Origin: a virus
Lineage: Duplodnaviria; Heunggongvirae; Uroviricota; Caudoviricetes
Strand: one strand, 5' to 3'
IMG/VR virus record: IMGVR_UViG_3300021256_000075
Span: 1-64,000 of that record
Length of the DNA: 64,000 nt
Part shown: positions 9,702 to 17,119 of the stretch, in pieces
Numbering within the stretch: the stretch's first letter is position 1
Layout: every line of letters begins with the position of its first letter
Position numbers and translations under genes: made by a program
Notes under the pieces: generated by a model
Seen by the model: only the letters and a program-made list of their open reading frames with translations
The model's database searches: none
What the model was told of the DNA's origin: nothing

Positions 9702-9730
9702 TTGACATAATACGCCAACAGGGTTATAAT
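9702..9730 (+). promoter_or_regulatory. strong sigma-70 promoter (moron)
   Basis: TTGACA-17-TATAAT, paralog of 9120-9148. Confidence 0.55.
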
Positions 9731-9779
9731 ACAACCATCGAACGACAAACCAACCTAACCACGACAGGAGGCACAAACC

Positions 9780-10211
9780 ATGAAGAACATCAATCTCTCC
9801 GCCGTTTACGGCATGGACGTTACCCACGAGCAGCTGACCACTGCTGGATTCCGGAAGGTGGATGAACGCGGCGGCTCATACGTCACGGTCACGTACTACA
9901 ATCCGGAAACGGATGAGGGTGGCAGCCTCCTGGCTCGTGACTATGAGTACAGCAACTGCTCCCGTGACAATGACTCCATCTATAACGCCAGTATAGATGA
10001 GAGAGTCCGCAGGAACTGGATGCACCAAAACGGCTGCATCTTTGTCGGAGACACCGTGGTTGTGGTCAAGGGCCGGAAGGTTCCGAAAGGAACATTCCAC
10101 ACGGTCATCCGGATCAAGGAGATCCATGACCGCTTCGGCCGGTGGCAGGCTGACTACCTCATCTTCGATGATGGTCTGGCAACGAACATCACGAACTGCG
10201 TTCTTGCCTGA
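9780..10211 (+). CDS. hypothetical moron protein (143 aa)
   Basis: RBS acaggagg; followed by terminator 10212-10250. Confidence 0.45.
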   Translation: MKNINLSAVYGMDVTHEQLTTAGFRKVDERGGSYVTVTYYNPETDEGGSLLARDYEYSNCSRDNDSIYNASIDERVRRNWMHQNGCIFVGDTVVVVKGRKVPKGTFHTVIRIKEIHDRFGRWQADYLIFDDGLATNITNCVLA

Positions 10212-10250
10212 TACAGTGAAAAGCTCCCCTGAAGGGGGGCTTTTTTTTTA
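10212..10250 (+). terminator. rho-independent terminator
   Basis: gctcccctgaaggggggc hairpin plus T9. Confidence 0.5.
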
Positions 10251-10356
10251 TGTCCTTAAAACCGCACAGGAGCCCGGAAAAAGTGTCTCCCGGATGTCAT
10301 AAAAGCTTCTTCCTGGTGACATTTTGATGGACTGCCTCCAAAACTATACTTTCCCC

Positions 10357-10587
10357 ATGAGTACGACAGATATTGATGACATCATGGCTGCCCTGCGCAA
10401 CCAGGGAGTGTCACGTGAATTTTGCGAACAGATCCGCAGGAATGCGGATGCCGGTGCACTGGATTATGCACTGAATCTGATACGGGGAGAAGAAGATGGG
10501 TGTTTGGCTGGACGTAAATGTCAATCCGCTCGGGAGGAGAGTGGGAGACTGCGCTGTCAGAGCCATTGCCGTAGCCCTCGATACTGA
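10357..10587 (+). CDS. cassette protein 3: small helical protein (end uncertain, overlaps next gene)
   Basis: DIDDIMAALRNQGVSREFCEQIRRNADAGALDYALNLI is homologous to the 54-aa ORF 53232-53396. Confidence 0.25.
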   Translation: MSTTDIDDIMAALRNQGVSREFCEQIRRNADAGALDYALNLIRGEEDGCLAGRKCQSAREESGRLRCQSHCRSPRY

Positions 10588-10876
10588 CTGGGAAACGGCG
10601 TACTGCCTCCTGGCATCCTGCGGCTATGACACAAAAAACATCATGAATGCCGATGCGGTAATCGGCAAAACGCTCCGGGATCATGGCTTCAAGCGTGCGG
10701 TAATCCCGAACAGCTGTCCGGACTGCTACTCCGCAGAGGAATTCTGCGAGGACCACCCGACCGGCACGTACGTGCTTTTCTTCGGCGGGCATGTAGCTTG
10801 TGTGAAGGATGGGAAGCTGTACGACACCTGGAACAGCAGTTATGAAATCCCGCAGTACTACTGGGAAAAGGAGTGA
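10496..10876 (+). CDS. cassette protein 4: papain-fold Cys-His-Asp enzyme (C39-like peptidase or transglutaminase-like)
   Basis: Ordered motifs GDCAVRAIAVAL (Cys), GGHVACV (His), DTWNSS (Asp/Asn); homolog 53368-53754. Confidence 0.45.
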   Translation: MGVWLDVNVNPLGRRVGDCAVRAIAVALDTDWETAYCLLASCGYDTKNIMNADAVIGKTLRDHGFKRAVIPNSCPDCYSAEEFCEDHPTGTYVLFFGGHVACVKDGKLYDTWNSSYEIPQYYWEKE

Positions 10877-10881
10877 AGTGA

Positions 10882-11349
10882 ATGGCCCTGTTTAACAATG
10901 GATTTCCGACAAGCTACCCCCAGATGTATCCGCAGCAGTATCCGCAGACCTACCAGCAGATGCAGGGAATTCAGCAGCCACAGAGTCCCGTGCAGAACTC
11001 CGGGCTGATCTGGATTCAGGGTCTTCAGGCAGCGAAATCCTTCCTGATAGCACCGAATACTACGGTTCCGCTTTTTGACTCGGAGGCACAGTGCATCTAC
11101 CTGAAATCATCCGATGCCAGCGGAATGCCCTCGCTGAAAATCCTCGATTACACGATACGCGATCAGACGCAGGGAAACGGCGTTTTAAGCACTCCCGGAA
11201 AAACGGAAGAGAATCCACCCAAGTACGTCACAAAAGCCGAATATGAGGCACTCCAGGCCGAATTTGATGACCTTAAAGCAAAGTTCGAAAGTTTCACGTC
11301 TAAGCGACCGATTAAGCCGATGAAAAAGGAGGAGCTTGCAAATGAATGA
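10882..11349 (+). CDS. cassette protein 5: Q/P/Y-rich N-terminus protein
   Basis: YPQMYPQQYPQTYQQMQGIQQPQSP then conserved IWIQGLQAAKSFLIAPNTTVPLFDSEAQCIYLKS; homolog 53757-54221. Confidence 0.5.
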   Translation: MALFNNGFPTSYPQMYPQQYPQTYQQMQGIQQPQSPVQNSGLIWIQGLQAAKSFLIAPNTTVPLFDSEAQCIYLKSSDASGMPSLKILDYTIRDQTQGNGVLSTPGKTEENPPKYVTKAEYEALQAEFDDLKAKFESFTSKRPIKPMKKEELANE

Positions 11350-11545
11350 ACTGTACAAGCAGATCCAGCCGAATCAGAACCCGACAGAAGGATTCATTCA
11401 GCGGTTTCAGCAGTTCCGTCAGGGCATAAAAGGAGATCCGAAGGAACAGATTCAGGCTCTCATGAATTCTGGGAGGGTCTCCCAGGCACAGTACAACAAC
11501 GCCTACCAGATGGCCAGCCAGCTCATAAGGATGTTCGGCAAATAA
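11336..11545 (+). CDS. cassette protein 6: small Q-rich helical protein (69 aa)
   Basis: Homolog 54211-54426 (QRFQQFRQ...AQYNNAYQMA). Confidence 0.4.
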   Translation: MQMNELYKQIQPNQNPTEGFIQRFQQFRQGIKGDPKEQIQALMNSGRVSQAQYNNAYQMASQLIRMFGK

Positions 11546-11596
11546 AAAAGTCAGTCCGTAGACTGACTAATCTGCGACCGCATTTGCCGCAACCAC
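11543..11596 (-). ncRNA. antisense mini transcription unit 3 (about 50-nt RNA)
   Basis: Minus-strand promoter TTGATC-17-TATAAT (11603-11631), then hairpin gtcagtc/gactgac and T6. Confidence 0.35.
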
Positions 11597-11632
11597 ATAA
11601 CCATTATAGCGGATGTATGACTCCGGATCAAC

Positions 11633-11689
11633 AAAAAAAAGGCCAGCAAAGCTGACCTTTGGGGGAAATCCGTGACATTGCCGCGCAGC
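11633..11689 (-). ncRNA. antisense mini transcription unit 2 (about 55-nt RNA)
   Basis: Minus-strand promoter TTGACA-17-TAGAAT (11696-11724), then hairpin ggtcagc/gctggcc and T8. Confidence 0.35.
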
Positions 11690-11725
11690 AAAGACATTCT
11701 ACCAAAACAAAGGGTTCCTGTCAAC

Positions 11726-11787
11726 AAAAAACCACCCGGCGGGTACCGGGTGGAAAATGAAAGGAAATCCATGAAGCAGTACAGATC
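11726..11787 (-). ncRNA. antisense mini transcription unit 1 (about 60-nt RNA)
   Basis: Minus-strand promoter TTGACA-17-TATACT (plus coords 11794-11822), then hairpin ccacccgg/ccgggtgg and T7. Confidence 0.35.
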
Positions 11788-11882
11788 AAATTGAGTATAC
11801 ACATCAGACAGAAAAATGTCAAGCTTACAAATTCCGGCGCGCAGGAATTTTGTAATAAATCACAAGTAAAGGAGAAAACGAA

Positions 11883-12806
11883 ATGGCTCTTACTGATGAA
11901 GCAAACGGAATGGGAACGACTATGCTTGTGCAGCCTTCCAACTACAACGGGAACGGCGGAGACGGATTCTTCGGTGCCAATGGCATTTGGTTTCTGATCC
12001 TCTTCATCCTGCTTGGAGGCTGGGGGAACGGCTTCGGCGGAGGCTTTGGAAACGGCTACGGTGCCAATGCAATGGCCGATATGTACCCGTGGTTTAATCA
12101 GTCCAATCAGATCAACGGTGGTTTCCGCGACCAGATGATCAGCGGGAAGATCGATGCGATCAACAACAACCTTGTTTCCGGATTTGGTGACGTGCAGCTC
12201 GGAATTGCCGGCATCAACCAGAACATCTGTCAGACCGGCAACGGAATCGTGTCGGCGGTGACGGGTGCGCAGAATGCCCTGACATCCCAGATGTATGCCA
12301 ATCAGATCGCTGATATGGAACGGTCCTTCGCCGCCCAGACAGCTCAGACAGCCGGCATGACCGCTCTTCAGGCGCAGCTGGCGCAGTGCTGCTGCGACAA
12401 TCGCGCCGCAACGGCCGACCTGAAATACACGGTAGCAACCGAGAACTGTGCGGACCGGACTGCGGCTGCCCAGAACACCCGTGACATTATCGATGCGCAG
12501 ACCAGGGGAACCCAGGCAATTCTGGACAAACTGTGCGCTCTTGAGCTGGATGGCGTGAAGAACCAGCTGGCACAGGCACAGCGTGAGAATGTCGGGCTCC
12601 AGAATCAGCTGAACATGGCGAACCTTTCCGCTTCCCAGGCGGCTCAGACTGCGGCGTTCCAGCAGGGAATGAACAACGAGGTGGATGCCTTGTATAACCG
12701 TCTCAAAAATTGCCCGGTCCCCAGTCAGCCGGTATATGGCAATCAGCCGATTTTCACATGCGGCGGTAACAGCGGCTGCGGCTGCGGCTGCGGCGCGATG
12801 GCGTAA
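11883..12806 (+). CDS. cassette protein 7: Gly-rich membrane protein with Cys-rich C-terminus ending CGCGCG
   Basis: N-terminal GIWFLILFILLGGWGNGFGGGFGNGYG TM/Gly-rich; QCCCDN, C-terminal TCGGNSGCGCGCGAMA encoded by (GCTGCG)n; homolog 54488-55411. Confidence 0.55.
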   Translation: MALTDEANGMGTTMLVQPSNYNGNGGDGFFGANGIWFLILFILLGGWGNGFGGGFGNGYGANAMADMYPWFNQSNQINGGFRDQMISGKIDAINNNLVSGFGDVQLGIAGINQNICQTGNGIVSAVTGAQNALTSQMYANQIADMERSFAAQTAQTAGMTALQAQLAQCCCDNRAATADLKYTVATENCADRTAAAQNTRDIIDAQTRGTQAILDKLCALELDGVKNQLAQAQRENVGLQNQLNMANLSASQAAQTAAFQQGMNNEVDALYNRLKNCPVPSQPVYGNQPIFTCGGNSGCGCGCGAMA

Positions 12807-12818
12807 GAGGTGAGAGAC

Positions 12819-13274
12819 ATGGCAGAGTTTGTGCAGAACGAGATCCAGCTTGTACAGCCGAATCAGAACGTTTTACTACAGTCCTCCATTCCGTGCAACA
12901 GAGGGTATGTCTATCACCGGAATGGATCCGGAATCCTAACTCTCCGTGGCGTTGTAAACGGTGCGTGCGGATGCTTCGCACGCTATCAGGTCACCTTCAA
13001 TGGAAACATCGCCGTTCCGGAAGATGGAACAGTCGGACCGATTGCCATTGCGCTGGCACTGGATGGTGAACCCATTCAGACCAGCCGGGCAATCGTAACG
13101 CCTGCGGCAGTCGATGAGTACTTCAACGTCACATCCACGGCAATCATCACGATCCCGAGAGGATGCTGCGAGAACCTGTCCGTGGAAAATGTGTCGTTCG
13201 GCGCGACTGCAGCAGATGCACCGACAGCCATCAATGTCCAGAACGCCAACCTGACCGTATCGAGAATAGCCTGA
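12819..13274 (+). CDS. cassette protein 8: Cys-containing beta-rich protein (152 aa)
   Basis: NGACGCFARY...PRGCCENLS; homolog 55424-55888; ATG 12819 with RBS agaggtgagag. Confidence 0.5.
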   Translation: MAEFVQNEIQLVQPNQNVLLQSSIPCNRGYVYHRNGSGILTLRGVVNGACGCFARYQVTFNGNIAVPEDGTVGPIAIALALDGEPIQTSRAIVTPAAVDEYFNVTSTAIITIPRGCCENLSVENVSFGATAADAPTAINVQNANLTVSRIA

Positions 13275-13290
13275 GAAAGGAGAGAAGGAA

Positions 13291-13701
13291 ATGGATAAAG
13301 TCAAAGAACTCACAACGATGTGCGAGACGTTGTTTAAAGAGATCGCTGACATGAATAAGAAGATTGAGAACGCCAACGGCAAAATGTCTGCCGGTGACCT
13401 GGAAGCGATCCAGAAGCTGATGCATTCCGTGAAGTCTGCGAAAACCTCCCTGGCGATGATCGAAGCCGAGGAAGGATCCTCGAATGATGACGGCACTAAG
13501 TACAACAGCAACCGCAGCCGCCGGATGAGTTACGGGATGCCGTACTATGGGTATATGCCTTCCTACGGATACCGTCCGGAGATGGGATATTCCAGGCATG
13601 GAGATTTTGTGGATGATCTGCAGGAAGTCATGATGGATGCTCCCAACGACAATGTGCGCAGAGAGATCCAGAAGCTGATTGATAAGGTATCGATGATGTG
13701 A
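13291..13701 (+). CDS. cassette protein 9: N-terminal coiled coil plus Gly/Tyr-rich low-complexity region
   Basis: YGMPYYGYMPSYGYRPEMGY; homolog 55906-56355 with a longer G/Y/N tract. Confidence 0.5.
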   Translation: MDKVKELTTMCETLFKEIADMNKKIENANGKMSAGDLEAIQKLMHSVKSAKTSLAMIEAEEGSSNDDGTKYNSNRSRRMSYGMPYYGYMPSYGYRPEMGYSRHGDFVDDLQEVMMDAPNDNVRREIQKLIDKVSMM

Positions 13702-13707
13702 TGTTAA

Positions 13708-13745
13708 AGAGGGTTGCCTTGAGGGGCAATCCTCTTTTTTGCATA
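13708..13745 (+). terminator. rho-independent terminator ending cassette 1
   Basis: gagggttgcc/ggcaatcctc stem plus T6. Confidence 0.5.
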
Positions 13746-13933
13746 AAAAAAGATCCGGTCATGCCTGAACCGGATCAACTTTGTAAGGAGAATTCCTCAT
13801 GCGGACATGATAGCACTGACAATTCTGAAAGTCAATATGATACGAGAAAAATTATAAAAATACAGTTGACGATTATATTATAATGGTGTATCATTGATGC
13901 ATCGGCACATCCAGGTATTCAACCGGTGCGGAG

Positions 13934-14134
13934 GTGAGGAGATTGAAAACGGAAATCGGGAATGGTGACCGATTCTTTATCGGAGGGAAGGAATATGAGA
14001 TTGTGGATCTCCTGAAAGAGAACGTCACCATCCGGCAGGTGAAAACCGGGAGGCTGTTGACGTATGGGACAGAGATGCTAAAGCGGATCCTCCTGGCAAC
14101 CAATTACGGACTGAAAGATGTAGGTGGCCGATAA
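13934..14134 (+). CDS. hypothetical small protein
   Basis: ORF downstream of TTGACG-17-TATCAT promoter at about 13866-13894. Confidence 0.25.
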   Translation: MRRLKTEIGNGDRFFIGGKEYEIVDLLKENVTIRQVKTGRLLTYGTEMLKRILLATNYGLKDVGGR

Positions 14135-14292
14135 TGTCACACAAAAGAGAGGATGGATACGAATGGTCGAGCTGCTCCATCTGTGGACACATGGTATTGT
14201 GTAAAAAATACACCGGAGCTGTACATGGACAATGGTGTCGATATATGTGCTGCGAACTGTGTGAGCAGAAAAGAGCGTTTATTTTTTCGTGA
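14134..14292 (+). CDS. small Cys-rich (zinc-ribbon-like) protein, 52 aa
   Basis: CSICGH...CRYMCCELC; not in ORF track (<60 aa). Confidence 0.3.
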   Translation: MSHKREDGYEWSSCSICGHMVLCKKYTGAVHGQWCRYMCCELCEQKRAFIFS

Positions 14293-14305
14293 TAGGTGAG
14301 GCAGA

Positions 14306-14584
14306 ATGACAGAACAAAAAATCATCCGGAACATTGATGTAATCATCCGGAATCTTAAGATGCTGAAGGAAAATTATGAGGAGGCAGACGGGGATGCGGA
14401 AGAAACCTCGCTGTATGACGAGTACGGGAACGATCTGACCTGGCAGATAGACTGTCATCCGGTGTTTAAAGGAGATCCGCCGTGCATAAACGGATTGAAG
14501 GGAATCGAATACAACGGAAAAGGCTGGGAAGAAAACTGCCGGGAATGCAAGAAAAACTGGCTGTTAAGGAGGTACGATTCATGA
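14306..14584 (+). CDS. small Cys-rich protein
   Basis: C-terminal CRECKKNWLL, paralogous to the C-terminus of 14966-15349. Confidence 0.4.
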   Translation: MTEQKIIRNIDVIIRNLKMLKENYEEADGDAEETSLYDEYGNDLTWQIDCHPVFKGDPPCINGLKGIEYNGKGWEENCRECKKNWLLRRYDS

Positions 14585-14895
14585 AAAAATGCTTTATCTG
14601 TTGGCGTGAGTATGATGAAACAAAAAGAGAATATGCCGTGTTTGCATTCATGAATGGAGAAAAACGTGGCATAGATAGCCTTGCAAGACAAGATGGAAAC
14701 CGAAGGCGAGTACTTGCGCTATGCAAGTACTGTATAAAAGCAGCTGTTGTCGGCATTGGCATGATGAACGCATCGATAAACATCACCGAACCGCTTGAAT
14801 ACGAGGATGAACAGGATGTCGAAGCTCATGCACTCCAGAATGAAATTCCGGCTGAAGGTGTCGGTGCTGTGGAAAAATCGATGGAGAATTGGTGA
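14581..14895 (+). CDS. small Cys-rich protein
   Basis: MKKCFICW...CKYC; ATGA overlap. Confidence 0.4.
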   Translation: MKKCFICWREYDETKREYAVFAFMNGEKRGIDSLARQDGNRRRVLALCKYCIKAAVVGIGMMNASINITEPLEYEDEQDVEAHALQNEIPAEGVGAVEKSMENW

Positions 14896-14965
14896 ATGTA
14901 CAGGAAAAGCCTGCTTTGCTATTTAGGCATCCATAAAAAATCAAAGTTTGTGTCTGAAATAAGAA

Positions 14966-15349
14966 ATGGAACTGAGTATGCCGTCTGCGAGCGTTGCGGT
15001 GCGCGATATCTGGAAAAGGAAAGGAAAAACATTGGGAACACTTGAACGGGAGCAGTACGAAAAGCTCTATAGACGCTTTATTCTCAAAATCCAAAGGAAA
15101 AAGAATGTGCAGCAGGCAATGCAAAGAAATGTGCATCATCCGCAGAAGACATCAGTATACAGGGATAAGGGGATCCATAACGGATGCTATATATATCCAC
15201 TTTATAGTTGCATCCGATGCCCATACTATGTGTTTGATGAGCGTGCGCTGTGCAAGAATCGCCCGTTCGAATTCCATCCGGACTTGTGTGCACGCTGCAA
15301 GAAAGACTGGCTGATGCATCAGAAGAACAAACCACAAAGGAGATACTGA
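14966..15349 (+). CDS. small Cys-rich protein (start uncertain; a 49-aa ORF 14896-15045 overlaps in another frame)
   Basis: C-terminal CIRCPYYVF...CARCKKDWLMHQ, paralog of 14306-14584. Confidence 0.3.
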   Translation: MELSMPSASVAVRDIWKRKGKTLGTLEREQYEKLYRRFILKIQRKKNVQQAMQRNVHHPQKTSVYRDKGIHNGCYIYPLYSCIRCPYYVFDERALCKNRPFEFHPDLCARCKKDWLMHQKNKPQRRY

Positions 15350-15351
15350 AT

Positions 15352-15783
15352 ATGGCTGGGAGAGACAGAGAGACGGTTGTGAAGTGGCTGGAGATTTGCG
15401 GAAAGAACGGAGATTGTTCAGGTACATGTCCGTACAGCTTTGACCCCGATGTCGAACGCTGCCGGGACAAACTGATGAGTGATGCGTATGACATTCTCAC
15501 TGAAAAAGAAGAAAGGGGATGGATAAAGACATCAGTCCAGCTGCCGGATGACAGAGACTGGTATCTTGGGATCTTCCAGGAGACGGATACCGGGTGGATA
15601 AATCCAATCCCATTCGTTTGTTGTTATCTCGGCAGGCAAACTCTGGGAACCACAAAAGAAGGGTGGATCATAAAGGAATGCACCGATATGAACAATCCGA
15701 ACAAGTATTTTCTGATTCTGCGCTGTGTAGCTTGGACGCATCTGCCGAAACCGTATGAACACACGGAAAAGGAGACATTATGA
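15352..15783 (+). CDS. hypothetical protein
   Basis: ATG 15352 after RBS aaggagatactg; Cys pairs CGKNGDCSGTCP. Confidence 0.4.
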   Translation: MAGRDRETVVKWLEICGKNGDCSGTCPYSFDPDVERCRDKLMSDAYDILTEKEERGWIKTSVQLPDDRDWYLGIFQETDTGWINPIPFVCCYLGRQTLGTTKEGWIIKECTDMNNPNKYFLILRCVAWTHLPKPYEHTEKETL

Positions 15784-16112
15784 ATAACAGTGAAAAACTT
15801 CTGAAGCTTGTACAGGAAAACCCGGATCTCCCGGTCATTCCTATGGTGGACAGCGAAGTGGTCGCAGATGACAGTTATTATTGGTGGATGGGAGAATGGG
15901 GAAACTCGGAAGTAACGGAGTACTATATGGGACGTGAACATGTCCACTTTAAATCAGACGATGAAGAAGATGTGCTGACTGACATGGCCGGATGCAAGTA
16001 TTCGATGACAAAAGACGGACGTGATGTATACGATCTATCGGATGATGAATGGAATGAGCTATACAACTCCCTGGAATGGAAGAGGGCAATTGTTGTATAC
16101 ATAACAATTTAA
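15780..16112 (+). CDS. hypothetical acidic protein
   Basis: ATGA overlap; Asp/Glu/Trp-rich. Confidence 0.4.
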   Translation: MNNSEKLLKLVQENPDLPVIPMVDSEVVADDSYYWWMGEWGNSEVTEYYMGREHVHFKSDDEEDVLTDMAGCKYSMTKDGRDVYDLSDDEWNELYNSLEWKRAIVVYITI

Positions 16113-16137
16113 GATGAGACTGTAAGGAGAAAACGAG

Positions 16138-17109
16138 ATGTTGGAAATCATAAAAACGCACACCGGAAAAATCTACGTTGACAGAGAGAAAAAGCTGGAG
16201 TTTCTGACAGTAGGAGATTACGGCAAAGAGAACAATATCAAAGCGAATTTTCTTGGACTGACAAAGGAGATCCACGGTGTCCGGAATACGGATGTAGATC
16301 TGAAAAAGAAATGGGTCGCTACCATCAGCACCCAGCATGGTTGTCCGATGAAGTGCGCCTTCTGTGATTGCCCGAAATACGGATTCTACGGGAACGTGTC
16401 TCGTGAAGACCTTGCTTATCAGATCTCAACAATTTGCAGCAACGAGGATGCTCGTGAGACGGAGCGGTTCAACGTCCACTTTGCCCGCATGGGTGAGCCG
16501 ACATTCAACCTTCAGACATTACTGTTTGCGGAATTTGATCTGAGAGACTGCGTCAAAGAAGCGGGCGTAGATGCAAAGACGATTCACCCCGTTGTGTCCA
16601 CCATGCTTCCTGCGAATAACGTCAATCTTGAATCATTCCTGAAACAGTGGTGCTGGATTAAGAATGAGAGTTATCATGGAGAAGCAGGACTTCAGTTCTC
16701 GATCAATTCGACTGATGCAGATCAGCGCAAGAATCAGTTCAGGGACAGATCGCTAAGTCTGTTAAAGATTGCGGCTCTTGCCGAAAATCTTCCGATGCCT
16801 GTTGGAAGGAAATACACGTTAAACTTTGCGGTAACCCCTGACACGATCCTTGATCCGCATATGCTGGATGTCTTATTTGACAAGAACAAGTTTATCGTGA
16901 AGATCACGCCGATTCATCAGACGAAGGCTGCGGTTGAAAATCATTTCGATGTTGCTTCTACGTATCGTGATTATGACGTTTACAGGAGATTTGAGGATCC
17001 GCTCCTTGAAGCAGGATGGGACGTGATTGTCTTTGTTCCAAGTCTTGAAGAGGACAGCGATCGCATCACCTGTGGCAATGCATTGATATCAACGACAGAA
17101 TTGAGATAA
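16138..17109 (+). CDS. radical SAM enzyme, RlmN/Cfr-like family
   Basis: ISTQHGCPMKCAFCDC (CxxxCxxC), ARMGEPTFN and C-terminal ITCGNAL resemble the RlmN/Cfr Cys cluster, MGEP motif and second catalytic Cys. Confidence 0.5.
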   Translation: MLEIIKTHTGKIYVDREKKLEFLTVGDYGKENNIKANFLGLTKEIHGVRNTDVDLKKKWVATISTQHGCPMKCAFCDCPKYGFYGNVSREDLAYQISTICSNEDARETERFNVHFARMGEPTFNLQTLLFAEFDLRDCVKEAGVDAKTIHPVVSTMLPANNVNLESFLKQWCWIKNESYHGEAGLQFSINSTDADQRKNQFRDRSLSLLKIAALAENLPMPVGRKYTLNFAVTPDTILDPHMLDVLFDKNKFIVKITPIHQTKAAVENHFDVASTYRDYDVYRRFEDPLLEAGWDVIVFVPSLEEDSDRITCGNALISTTELR

Positions 17110-17119
17110 GGAGAGAAAA

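Noticed and set aside
11551-11802. 83-aa minus-strand ORF in the cassette 1 intergenic insertion
   Set aside because: The promoters and terminators split this span into three units of about 55 nt each, and the ORF start lies upstream of the nearest TSS. The sequence is low-complexity and codon-atypical, so it is more likely non-coding.
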